Positions 38,511-50,537 are shown, counted from the whole stretch's first letter. The stretch: DNA of 63,021 nt, filler included, from Octopus bimaculoides (GCF_001194135.2; 3 parts of 3 records of this genome joined end to end with filler, not necessarily neighbours in it); one strand, 5' to 3'. Translations and numbers: made by a program. Notes: generated by a model not told the origin, from the letters alone.

Positions 38511-39272
38511 ATGATGATGATGATGATGATGCTGCTGCTGATGATGATGATGATAAAACACATGCACTATTTTGGCCAAAAATGACCATCCTGAAATATA
38601 ACAATATCTGTTTGAACACATGATTTCGCATCAGGAATCCTGCAAAGCAAATACATAAATGTAAAAATAAAGAACTGTTCAGCTGCATGATGGGAAATTT
38701 CTGTAAAAGACCAAAATAAAAGCAATAATGACAATATACCAGGTGGTGCTACTTGCAGCTATGATGATGATGATGAGGGGGAAGATGAGGAAGAGGTTGA
38801 AATTTATGTAGATGATGATGAGGATTATGATGACAATGCAGACCCAAAATAAGATAAAAAGCTTTTCATCAATTCTATACTGTTGTCAGAGAAATGGTAT
38901 AATCATAAAAGAGAACTGCTTCATACATTATTTAAAGAAATCTCTCCCACAGACTTGAATATTCACATAGAATAAGGCCTTCTATACAATTGATTTCATT
39001 TAAGTAAAGATATGCTTGTTAAAATACTTGCTCAAGGACACAGTCTAATTTATTGCTGGGGTTCGTATTAAATTTGACCATCATCTCATCTCATTAGATG
39101 GGAACTGTTCTTTTCTAAAAGCCTACAAGAATTCCTCAGTACTGTGTCGCTAATGAGCATCTAGTTTGGTGGTTCCTTTTTGTTGCTGCAACCATAAATC
39201 TCCTATCTTGAATCACACACACACGCACACACACGCACACACACGCACACACACGCACACACACACACAGAG

Positions 39273-39315
<43 letters not shown>

Positions 39316-39408
39316 TATATATACATACATACATGCATACATGCATACATATACATACATACATATATACATGCATACATACATACATACATATACGTAC
39401 ATATGTAA

Positions 39409-39700
39409 TACAGTGTGTTCTGGCTAAATTTGACGATTTTTTTGTCTCCTTTTTGTTCTGTTTTTTCTTTTATCTCAGGCACAGCTGGACGTATTGGTGA
39501 ACAGTCAATGCCATTGAAGAGTATAAAGATTAAGGTTGCAGTTGTGAAGTAGTTAGCTGACATGGAGGACTGGACGCCATATGATTATTGGAAAAGAGTT
39601 ACCATTATCATGATGGTTCATGCTGGGTATCAAAATTTTGACCTCATAACTGCTGTTCAGTGCTTCGTGAACACTGTATAGGCTGTAAGATGTGACTTGG
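39409..39700 (+). mobile_element. Tc1/mariner-superfamily element 5' end with transposase N-terminus, decayed
   Basis: Starts TA-CAGTG; ATG at 39562 gives MEDWTPYDYWKRVTIIMMVHAGYQNFDLITAVQCFVNTV*AVRCDL, an HTH-like transposase start (recalled similarity, not searched). Confidence 0.55.
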
Positions 39701-39786
39701 ACATCATAAATATCAAATTTCCCAAACTATGATAGTTTTTGTTAGTGTCTCCAATGAGGCTGACACAATGCCGCATCGCCATCTTT

Positions 39787-40302
39787 GATCAGGGCCCTAC
39801 ACAGGAACATGTATCATACATCAAAATAAAGCTTATTATGAGTTTATTGCTTTTCCTTTTGGCAAGAAATCGACCAGAATGACACCTTGAGCATCCCAAA
39901 AGACAATCGCCATGATTTTTCCAGCTGACTTTTGCGTCTTGAACTTTTTCGGTGATGGTGGCATAGAGTAGTGCCATTCCATTGACTGCCTCTTTGATTC
40001 CGGTTCATAATGATGAACCCATGTTTCATCACCTGCTACGAGACTTCAAAAGAAGGTGTTGTCTCTTTGACTTTGTAGTGAAGAAATGGCTCAAAGAACA
40101 GTCAACATAATTTTACGGGGCAGGGATACATGCTCTAATTCGAAGGTGGAACATTGCTATTGAAAGAAATGGTGACTATGTTGAGAAGTAGGGATGTGAT
40201 CCACAGAGAACCAGCTTCATTTTGATGTATGATACATGTTCCTGTGTTGGTAATTATACCTGCCCTAAACAAAACGACATTACTTTGTGACTCACCCTCA
40301 TA
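39787..40302. mobile_element. Rearranged mariner: catalytic fragment on the minus strand, 3' end with TIR on the plus strand
   Basis: Minus: LVAGDETWVHHYEPESKRQSMEW..KKFKTQKSAGKIMAIVFWDAQGVILVDFLPKG. Plus: VKKWLKEQS..GIHALIRRWNIAIERNGDYVEK*, ending tttgtgactcaccctca-TA. Confidence 0.9.
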
Positions 40303-40416
40303 TTTTTCCTTTCAGGTGTATTCAATGAAGTGTTAAAAGATTTAGCTTAAAAATGCTCAGAAATTTCCGGACAACCTAATAAATGAATATATAATTCTAT
40401 AGTTAAGAAGTTGGCT

Positions 40417-40730
40417 GTAAAACCATATGATACTGGGTTCTGTTCCCCTACATCGTACCTTGGGCAAGTGTCATACTACAGCCCCAGACCAGATAAAGCC
40501 TTGTGCATGGATTCGGGAGATGGAGACTGAAAGAAGCCTGTCGTGTGTGCACGTATGTGTCTCCTTTACTGATGTAGCATGATAGTCGTAAATGAGTGTC
40601 ACTGTCAAAAGAGCCGTGCCATTTATTTCCAATGTTCTGTGAAAACATGTCTGGCCATGGGGAAATATTAACTCCTTTGGAAACAGGTGAAGGTTGGTGA
40701 CAGGAAAGGCATCCAACCATAGGAAACCTA
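40417..40730 (+). mobile_element. SINE family B variant with an alternative 3' tail
   Basis: Family B head (ccttgggcaagtgtc...actgaaagaagcctgtc), then a different body ending ggttggtgacaggaaaggcatccaacc, like family E. Confidence 0.75.
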
Positions 40731-41769
40731 AATCAATAAATTCAATGCAAAAATAGAAAATAGGATTTTAAATGATGATGATGATTGTGTGTATATGGAT
40801 ACCTGTGCACACACATCCCCATCTCTCTCTCTCTCCCTTTCTCTCTCTCCCTCTCTCTCTCTCTCCCTCTCTCTCTCTCCCTCTCTCTCTCNNNNNNNNN
40901 NNNNNNNNNNNNNNNNNNNNNNNNNNNNNNNNNNNNNNNNNNNNNNNNNNNNNNNNNNNNNNNNNNNNNNNNNNNNNNNNNNNNNNNNNNNNNNNNNNNN
41001 NNNNNNNNNNNNNNNNNNNNNNNNNNNNNNNNNNNNNNNNNNNNNNNNNNNNNNNNNNNNNNNNNNNNNNNNNNNNNNNNNNNNNNNNNNNNNNNNNNNN
41101 NNNNNNNNNNNNNNNNNNNNNNNNNNNNNNNNNNNNNNNNNNNNNNNNNNNNNNNNNNNNNNNNNNNNNNNNNNNNNNNNNNNNNNNNNNNNNNNNNNNN
41201 NNNNNNNNNNNNNNNNNNNNNNNNNNNNNNNNNNNNNNNNNNNNNNNNNNNNATATATATATGTATATGTATATACACACACATTGTTGCAGTATAACCT
41301 TTGTCGGATGCACCATGCAATAATTATTCAGCTTGATGATTATTATACAGGTCTTTATTAAGTAAAATAATTACTCAATTAAATATTTAATTAATTGATT
41401 ATTTTGCTATTAGTATCAAAAGTGTTTTGGTCACACTTCTGTGACCTTCCTACACATCTCTACGCATCTGTCTGCGACAAAAGACTTTGAAAGTGATAAC
41501 AAACTAATTAATTAATTCAATAATAATGACGTAGCGAGTAGCTACAATCAGTGTTTTTTTGATTGGTGGAAATAATGGTTTTCACAATACACCGATATCT
41601 CTTTTGTAACAATATACAGTTTGAGATAAAGCAATCTTGTTAGTTATATAATAAGGTCATGAGAGTATTTGTGAGTCTGTGCTGCAGGGTTGTGTGTGTG
41701 TGTGTGTGTGTGCATGTGTGTGTGTGTGCCTGTGCATGTGTGTATATATATGTATATATGTATATCACC

Positions 41770-41851
41770 CACTACACCCACTACACTCTCTGAGTGGTTG
41801 GCGTTAGGAAGGGCATCCAGCTGTAGAAACTCTGCCAAATTAGATTGGAGC
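41770..41851 (-). mobile_element. Repeat family E fragment
   Basis: gagtggttggcgttaggaagggcatccagctgtagaaactctgccaaattagattggag. Confidence 0.75.
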
Positions 41852-41992
41852 NNNNNNNNNNAGATAGTTTTTTACGTTTCAAGTCTACGCTCTTCAACAG
41901 AAAAGAACACAGAAACAAACAGGGAGAGAAAATAGAAAAAGGTTTAGTGGCTATTGATCTATCATGGCGGATCATATGTATATGTAGACATA

Positions 41993-42600
41993 GGTGCAGG
42001 AGTGGCTGTGTGGTAAGGGGCTTGCTTACTAATCACAAAGTTCTGGGTTCAGTCCGACTGCGTGGCACCTTGGGCAAGTGTCTTCTACTATAGCCATGGG
42101 CCGACTGAAGCCTCGTGAGTGGATTTGGTAGATGGAAATTAAAAAAAGCCTGTTATATATATATTTATGTGTGTGTATGTGTTTGTGTATCTGTGTTTGT
42201 CTCCCCAACATCACTTGTCAACTGATGTTGGTGTGTTTATGTCCCCGTAACTTAGCAGTTCGGCAAAAGAGACCGATAGAATAAGTACTAGGCTTACAAA
42301 GAATAAGTCCTGAGGTCAATTTGTTCAGCTAAAGGTGCTGCTCCAGCATGGCCTCAGTCAAATGACTGAAACAAATAAAAGAATATGTATATATATGTAT
42401 ATGTTTGTGTGTCTGTGTTTGTCCTCCCACCATTGCTTGACAACTGATGTTGCTGTGTTTATTGTCCCTGTAACTTAGCAGTTCAGCTAAAAGGACTGAT
42501 TGAATAAGTACAGGCTTCCAAAGAATAAGTCTGTACTAAAAGCAGTGCTCCAGCATGGCCTCAGTCAAGTGACTGAAACAAATTAAAGAATAAAACAAAG
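41993..42600 (+). mobile_element. SINE family B, full length (41993-42382), followed by a second 3' half (42405-42600)
   Basis: ggtgcaggagtggctgtgtggtaag...gggttcagtcc...ccttgggcaagtgtc...tgactgaaacaaataaaagaa; the 3' half is repeated. Confidence 0.88.
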
Positions 42601-42627
42601 AATATATATATTTATATCTATCTATCT

Positions 42628-43012
42628 GTTGTTGTTGGCACTCCATCGCTTACGACGTTGAGGGTTCCAGTTGATTCGATCAATGAAACAGCCTGCTCGT
42701 GAAATTAATGTGCAAGTGGCTGAGCACTCCACAGACACATGTACCCTTAACGTAGTTCTCTGGTATATTCAGTGTGACACAGTGTGACAAGGCTGATGCT
42801 TTGAACTACAGGTACAAGAGAAACAGGAAGTAAGAGTGAGAGAAAGTTGTGGTGAAAGAATACAGCAGGGTTCGCCACCGCCCCCTGCCGGAGCCTCGTG
42901 GAGCTTTAGGTGTTTTCGCTCAATAAACACTCACAACGCCCGATCTGGGAATCGAAACCGCGATCCTATGACCGCGAGTCCGCTGCCCTAACCACTGGGC
43001 CATTGCACCTCC
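42628..43012 (-). mobile_element. SINE family C, full length, inserted in (CTAT)n
   Basis: Reverse complement of 12629-13010; ctatctatct on both sides. Confidence 0.9.
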
Positions 43013-43119
43013 CCCTATCTATCTATCTATCTATCTATATGTATTTATATGTGTGTGTATATATATGTATGTGTGTATGCATGTATGTATGTATATATGT
43101 TTTTATTTTTGCATTTACA

Positions 43120-43156
<37 letters not shown>

Positions 43157-43844
43157 TTCAATTTTTTGGGGATTAATTGATATACGGGTGTTCTATTTCA
43201 GATAATACAAAAATATCCCAATTAGTATATCTGACAGTAAACTCACGGTATCAGTTTGCACATCACAAAATAATACTTAAAGGATATAACCAAAATTACC
43301 AGCAGGGTATATAATATATTTCATCAATTATATCCTACTTTAGTTAATACTTATATTTATTAAATATGAAAGAACTACATGTGTTTCAGTATTGGAAGAT
43401 TACAATATATATACATATACACAACTGTATACCTATATATATATATATATATACATATATAAATACACATATGCAATCATCAGATTTACAATTATTCCAA
43501 CACATCTTCAGGTTCTATTTTAAGATGTTATATATCTAATTTTACATCCCTTTAAAAAATAAGGAATGCAATTAAGCATTAAAGATTAAAAATTAATAAT
43601 TAAAAATTAAGAATAAAAATTATATTTTGTAATATTAAGAATTAAAATTTATAAATTATACATTATAAAAATGAATTAGTATATATATATATATCAATTA
43701 TGTAAAATCTAGTATATGTCAAATACAGAATGTGAGATATATGATTAAACATCAGAATAAAAATGTCTGTGTCTAAATGTGATATATAACAAGAAAAATT
43801 AAAATACATCTTTGATATGTATTTGAAGGCACTCAAGCTGTACT

Positions 43845-44030
43845 GGCAACAATCCATGCATGAATGGTGTTTATTGTATGCCACCAACATGAGAACCAGC
43901 CAATGACCCATGCATGAATGGTGTGTATTGTGTGCCACCAGCACGAGAGTCAAGTGGCAATAGCCACAACTACGATTTCCATTTGATTGGGGTTTGATTT
44001 TTTTCTTTGATTTTTGACTTTGATTTTGAT
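43845..44030 (+). mobile_element. Family E-related fragment with an internal ~60-bp duplication
   Basis: ccatgcatgaatggtgt..attgt.tgccacca.ca.gaga occurs twice, followed by the ccacaactac..tttccatttgatt tail also seen near 35895-35935. Confidence 0.6.
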
Positions 44031-44593
44031 TTAAAAATCACCTCAAATTATTATCAGTCTGGCAGAAATCAGCATATAATATGTTTGTTGGTTTCTGTAA
44101 ACAAGGACCAGTAAACACATACCTACGTGTGCCTCTACGTACAAAGAAATACATACACCCCCTCACACATATAGATGCATACAGTGCTTACATATGAATA
44201 AAAATACAGATACATTTAGGGGTAAGGGGCTGTCTTGCTTTGAGTTATTTGCAGACACAGTTCCTCAAAGAGTGGGTGTATGTCTTAGTTATATAATAAG
44301 TGCTTAATGAAATGTCTACATTTTCTCAAAGTCTCTGATTAAAAACTTTTGCATACTTCAGTGCTGCACAGATGTTTTTTTTCTTCTACGCAAAATATCC
44401 TTTACAACCATTGGTGATATAATAGCAAGCATTTTCTTTTAATTAAGAAATTCAGCCTGATAATTTACATGAATTTCACTTCCTGATTCCTTGAAGAGAA
44501 AATGCATGATCTTGATATCTTTGATATCCTATATTGCACATACCTTATTAATGATATCTCCATCAAGTGAAACCCCTATGTGGTATTCATTTA

Positions 44594-44926
44594 TTCTTTT
44601 ATTTGTTTCAGTCATTTAACTGCCTTTAGTCAAACAAATCGACCCAGGACTTATCCTTTGTAAGCCTAGTATTTATGTCAAACCGCTAAGTTATGAGGAT
44701 GTAAACACACCAACATTGGTCGTCAAGTGATGATGAGGGGACAAAGACAGAAACATAAACAAACACACACACACACAGACACAAACACACAGTTTCTCCC
44801 AACCAAATTCACTCACAAGGCTTAGGTCGGCTTGAGGATATAGAAGATACTGGCCCAAGGTGCCACACAGTGGGAATGAACCCGGAATCATGTGGTTGGG
44901 AAGCAAGCTACTTACCACACAGCCAT
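44594..44926 (-). mobile_element. SINE family B
   Basis: Reverse complement homology from ttgtttcagtcatt to cttaccacacagcca. Confidence 0.85.
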
Positions 44927-45435
44927 GAAATATGGAGTGACACAATATGAATTAAGAGAAATGGGGAGGAGACCGAGTCAAAATGACACAGGATAATTTA
45001 CACTCAACAAGCAATTAAAACATGGCTATTAGCTTTTTGTTTTGTATGTATCAATTCTACTTTCTGATTCAAGATGTTTTCCCAATGTATCATGTTTGTC
45101 GTTTATAAAGTTTTGCCATCAAAACTGACACCAGTTTCATAAATATTTTATTAGGAAGCGAAATAGCCTGCTTTCTAAACTAATAGCTTCTTCCGTTGTG
45201 CTTTTATTACTTATAAATAAGAAGTAATTCTTTGAAAGATTTGACATTTTATGACTTATTATATTTACGGTGCTGCTTTATGTGATGGTTATATTGGTAC
45301 CATCTGATCTGCAGATTTGGGAAATCAGGACTTAGAAACCAGAGAACCAATAAATACATACTATACTTCCTTCAAATATTGTCATAAAGCTTTTGCCACC
45401 ATGCCACCATGGATGGGTTTGTTCTATTACAACAT

Positions 45436-45770
45436 GTGGCGGCGCAATGGTCCAGTGGTTAGGGCAGTGGACTCACGGTCATAGGATTGTGGTTTCGATT
45501 CCCAGACCGGGCGTTGTGAGTGTTTATTGAGCGAAAACACCTAAAGCTCCACGAAGCTCCAACAGGGGGTGGTGGTGAACCCTGCTATATTCTTTCGCCA
45601 CAACTTTCTCTCACTCTTTCTTCCTCTTTCTGTTGTGCCTGTAATTCAAAGTGCCAACCTTGTCACACACTGTGTCATGCTGAATCTCCCCGAGAACTCC
45701 ATTAAGGGTACATGTGTCTGTGGAGTGGTCTGCCACTTGCACATTAATTTCATGAGCAGGCTGTTCTGTT
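45436..45770 (+). mobile_element. SINE family C with a slightly truncated 3' end; an inverted 3' fragment follows at 45900-45965
   Basis: gtggcggcgcaatggtccagtggttagggcag...ggtttcgattcccagaccgggcg...gagcaggctgttc. Confidence 0.88.
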
Positions 45771-45972
45771 GAGTACCTTGTTCTCTGTCATTTTTGAGTC
45801 TTTATAAATAGGGATGTTTGTATGCCTATGTACAGAGGCATCGTAAAGTATTATTTTCAACCATCATTTGAGGAAATGTGCATCGTTTATATATAATATG
45901 TTGTCATGGCACTTCGTCGTGATCAGCTCAATGGAACAGCCTGCTCATGAAATTAATGTGCAAGTATTATTA

Positions 45973-46023
<51 letters not shown>

Positions 46024-46064
46024 GGTAGTGGGTAGCGATTTTCTTCACTACTTCAGGAAGTGAC

Positions 46065-46330
46065 AACCCTGCCTGACACAAGTCCCGGGCTCAGCTGGCC
46101 CTGGCTGACAATACTCAATATGCATCCCTATCCAGGGTTACGGAAAGGAGACAACCTTCAAAGAAATCCGACGCTCTTCCGGCAGCTCCTGCAACCAAGC
46201 TGGTGCCAAACGTAATGCTCTGCACTCCTTTGGACTACGTCAGCAAAGTCGAGAGAGGAATCCTGACGATTGGGCTACCCTGGATTTTCTTACATCTAGC
46301 CCAGCAGGCCTGTGCAAAACTGGAGAGGAC
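46065..46330 (+). mobile_element. GC-rich segment resembling an RTE LINE 5' UTR
   Basis: ccggcagctcctgcaaccaagctggtgccaaacg...cctttggactacgtcagc...gagagg recalls RTE 5' UTRs; not verified by search. Confidence 0.4.
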
Positions 46331-47141
46331 ATGAAATGTAAAAACCAGACTGAATTAGTTTATTCCATGTAGCTAACAAATCGAATGCAAATTCCATAAA
46401 TTCCGGTGACAGGGAAGGCATCCCATCTGGCCGTAGAAGTATCTGCCTCAACAAATTGTGTCCAATTCATGCGAGCATGGAAAAGTGGACATTAAAACGG
46501 CTACAATGACACATGATACCTATAACACCAAACACTTTTCACATCCACAACAACATTTATTATCGGTCGTCATGGAAACATTCACTAATTTTATAGGGCA
46601 ACTAACGATTAATGCAGGAACTATTTATGACCAAAGCTGCAATGCTTTTTGAAAAGCTTTGTCTCTTGTCCATTGAAATCACAAACCTTTAATCATATGA
46701 TGTATTTTACCAATCTTTATATGATCTGTGGAATTTTCCCAACTGGATCTCTAATGCCTGCCTTGGTTTTGCATTAGTGTACCATAGCATTATCATTCAT
46801 CATTAAAGTTGTTTAATAGGTTTGTATGGTACCTTTAGAATATATATTATTTTCTCTCTTTTCTGTCACCTGCACGGAAATCTTCATTATTGTGCATTAT
46901 TATAAAAGATACATAAATGGAATGAAATTGTGTGGAATATACAAAGGTTACGATGAGACTGTATTAGGCTTATTGTAGTTGTTTTATTATGTGAAGAATT
47001 TACATTGATGCAGTGAAGTTTTAATTGGAATAACCAAATAAAGAAGACTAGATAGAATATAACAAATGCCAGGACCAAAGTATATAACAGAACCCAAACA
47101 AAGAAGAAAAAATAATATTTTTTTAAATTGAAAAAACACAG

Positions 47142-47185
47142 GCGTTTGGTGATACAACAATGCATAGAATTGAAGTAGGAGATAT
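47142..47185 (+). CDS. Candidate 44-nt exon (AFGDTTMHRIEVGD)
   Basis: CAG acceptor with a weak pyrimidine tract, donor GTAAGT, one open frame. Confidence 0.22.
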
Positions 47186-47299
47186 GTAAGTGTGTATAAT
47201 GGCTTCCTTATGTTACTCTCTTTTAGATTGGTTGGTAGAGAGGGCAGCACAATTAACTGCTGTATTTCAATGTTTGTAGTCTATTGGTTGATTGTAAAT

Positions 47300-47495
47300 A
47301 TTGGTTTCAAATTCTGGCACAAAGCCAGCCCTTTCGAAGAAGGAATAAATTGATGACACTGACCCCAGTGTTTGACTTCAAAACGATGAAAGACAAAGTC
47401 AACCTTGGTGGAATTTGAACTCAGAATGTAAAAATGAATGAAATGATGTTCAACTTTCTGCCTGGCAGGCTAACAATTCTACCAGCTTGCTGCCT
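47300..47495 (-). mobile_element. SINE family A
   Basis: Reverse complement: ...aaagtcaaccttggtggaatttgaactcagaa...ctaacaattctaccagcttgc. Confidence 0.75.
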
Positions 47496-47522
47496 AAATA
47501 ACAATAACAACAATAATAATAA

Positions 47523-47936
47523 TGGAAGCCAGACATAATCTTAATCGAGAAAGAAACCAAACTCTGTTGGATCATAGATATAGCATGCCCAGCTGACAAC
47601 AAGGTATGTGATAAGGAAGAAAGAAAAGTCGAGAGATATGACAGGTTAGCTTGGGAAGTTAAGCAGTTGTGGTCGATGAAAAAGGTGGCAGTAGTACCAA
47701 TAATTGTCGGAGCCCTGGGAACAGCGAATAAAAATCTTGAGAAGTACATAGAACAAATAGGGGCTGCAATAAGGGTGGAGCACTTGCAGAGAACAGCACT
47801 GCTTGGAACTGCTCGAATACTCCGGAAGGTGCTCAAAAAATAAGAGGTGTTACCTTAGTTCACTTGTAGTGAACAGCTGACACTGTAGTATATCTCCAGC
47901 ATTCGAAGCTGTGCAAAGGCAATAATACTAATACTA

Positions 47937-48008
<72 letters not shown>

Positions 48009-48047
48009 ATAATAATAATAATAATAATGATAACAATAATAATAATA
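47523..48047 (+). mobile_element. R4/Dong-clade LINE 3' end (uninterrupted RLE frame 47526-47843) with AAT/TAC tail
   Basis: KPDIILIEKETKLCWIIDIACPADNKVCDKEERKVERYDRLAWEVKQLWSMKKVAVVPIIVGALG...LLGTARILRKVLKK*; (TAA)-rich on both sides. Confidence 0.92.
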
Positions 48048-48671
48048 GATGCCCTGATGCAGTACCTGGCACTGGCTCTCATGGCTTCTGGAAGTGTTAT
48101 CAGGAAAGAAAGTGTTATCATGTACATTGTTTTGTCTTAGTATAAAAGATGGCCTACAGCAAATATTCTGTTAAATACCACAGATTTGCTTGTCAGTTGT
48201 TTGACCGTAACCAGTTGAGCATGTCCCTTGGTGGCTGACGATATGTGCATCTCTGATCTGGAGCAGAAGTAGTGGGGGAGCATCATAGCCATCTGTTGAG
48301 AGAAATTCTTTGGGGTTTGAATAATTCACCTTTGGAAACATGGGTGTTTCGTTCAACACTTTTAAACAAACCTTATTCAGGGACCATTTGAGAGTGATGT
48401 GTTACTCAATATGAAGAAGATTCCAACTGGGTCCCCACATGAAAGGTCATGTACTGTTTTGATGTGAGATCACCATGTCGTGCACATGTGGTTGTGATGC
48501 ATGTGCCTGGTGTAACCTTATCAGATGGGTAGTCATGATGGGTATGCTGGGATTCATATATTTGTACCCCAGTGTCACTTTGATGACATGCACTGCTCTC
48601 TCACTCAATGACAATAATAATAATAATAAAAATAATAGTAACAACAACAACTATAACAATAATATTTTCGC

Positions 48672-48675
<4 letters not shown>
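48048..48675 (+). mobile_element. Non-coding interspersed repeat bracketed by (TAA)n, possibly a Dong-dependent non-autonomous element
   Basis: Begins and ends in TAA arrays between two Dong fragments; no coding motif seen. Confidence 0.45.
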
Positions 48676-48717
<42 letters not shown>

Positions 48718-48718
<1 letters not shown>

Positions 48719-49185
48719 TGACTGTCCCAATCGTCATTGATATGACTGTCCCAATCGATATAAACGTATCTGTCAAGACCTACCAAAAACTGAGCAAATA
48801 TAAAGATCTTGAAATAGAAATTAGCAAAATGTGGAATCTGAAGACGAAAACGATACCTATTGTCATAGGTGCCCTGGGAATGACAGCGAAACAGGCTGAT
48901 TACCACCTAGCTCAGATACCAGGAAACCCCCAAATGGCTGAAGTTCAAAAGATAGTGCTCATGGGAACTGCCCATATCCTACGTAAAATACTGTCTATGT
49001 GATCTCAAATCTTAAAACATTCTCTAGAACAACACTGTACAAATTCAAATATATGGTACCCTAGGCATAACACTTATATGAACTTCTAACTTGTTGTCTC
49101 TTGAGGTCTCTGGGTGAGACTTGGATCCAACTTGTACAAATGCAAAGCAAAAGTCAAACATAAAATAATAATAATAATAATAAAA
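48718..49185 (+). mobile_element. R4/Dong-clade LINE 3' end with (TAA)n tail
   Basis: IDMTVPIDINVSVKTYQKLSKYKDLEIEISKMWNLKTKTIPIVIGALG...GTAHILRKILSM*; same family as 37130-38100; atgactgtcccaatcg is duplicated at the 5' junction. Confidence 0.92.
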
Positions 49186-49289
49186 CAATTACTACTGTTT
49201 TACCAGATCCTTCACATCTTTACTTTGTGTCCCTCTTAAGACGTCACTAATATACAAACACACAAACATATTAGAACTCACAGACAAGA

Positions 49290-49301
49290 TTCTAATCAAC
49301 A

Positions 49302-49335
<34 letters not shown>

Positions 49336-49553
49336 ACACACACACTCAAACACATGCACACATTTGAGAAACCATTCCAAAGTTATCATACACACACACA
49401 CACACACAGACACATGCTCAAACACACATGCACACACACATGCATGCTCAAAGACACATGCACACACATACTCAAACACGCACATTTGAATTGAGAAACC
49501 ATTCCAAAGTTACCACACACATACACGCACACACACACACAGACACACATGCT

Positions 49554-49599
<46 letters not shown>

Positions 49600-49640
49600 A
49601 ACACACACACATTTGAACTGAGAAACCATTCCAAAACTAT
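49290..49640 (+). repeat. 127-bp-period repeat: a TGAGAAACCATTCCAAA block separated by CA-rich spacers, three copies
   Basis: Block starts at 49365, 49492 and 49619. Confidence 0.85.
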
Positions 49641-50403
49641 TCTGCAACAGTGAAGCAGTAAATTACAACAGCATTTATTAAAACAAGCATTACAGAGAAC
49701 ATGGTTTCCAAACATTCAATGGAATATCTTCACCATTTTATCTACCTATACCCAAACTACATATTATTCTAAACAAACATTAATACATACTTACAAACAT
49801 ATTTATATATATACATACATACACACACACATATATATGTGTGCAAGCATGTATGTATGTATGTATATATGTATATATACACATACATACATATATATGT
49901 GCGTATGTGTGTGTGGTAGTATAAAGATATAGTATGTGACTTTAATCCCGAGGGTGCAAAAAATGTGTACCTGATGCTGTTTCGAGTTATTTAATGCAGT
50001 CTCTTTTAATGCACTATGTAAACTAATCTAGTTTCAAAGAGCGATACAAATAAAAATAAAAGAAATTCCAAAAATACTTACAGAAGAACACAGGAACTTA
50101 CAGTTTTAATAATAAGATGGAACAGAATAAAAGTTTGAATTTTCATATTTCGATTTTTGCAAGATAAGAAAGAATTGGGAGGCTTTTTAGAAATATTTCA
50201 TTTTAGCTAAATTCTACTTGTTTTTTACATCATGCTTTTCTTCATCTATAAAGTTCCAGGACATAGAAAAATGGTCCGATTCCCTTTCTGTTTCTTTCTT
50301 CAGCTCTTTCTCATTCTCTGTCTCTTTTTCTCTCTATATATACACTCATATATGCATGCATTTATGTATACACTCACACATGTGAACATATATTTACATA
50401 TAT

Positions 50404-50436
<33 letters not shown>

Positions 50437-50481
50437 CACATACATATATATACACACACACATACATACATACATATGTAT

Positions 50482-50537
<56 letters not shown>

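Noticed and set aside
39479-39534. Exon-like segment GTAGRIGEQSMPLKSIKIK after a strong pyrimidine tract
   Set aside because: It lies in the apparent 5' UTR of the Tc1-like element and the donor (GTTGCA) is weak; at most an exonised transposon.
40316-40383. Possible terminal exon GVFNEVLKDLA* with AATAAA
   Set aside because: Only 11 codons, abutting a mariner TIR, with no linked upstream exon; not distinguishable from chance.
49365-49636. CRISPR-like repeat-spacer appearance
   Set aside because: Only three repeats, CA-microsatellite spacers of about 110 bp, no cas genes, eukaryotic context.
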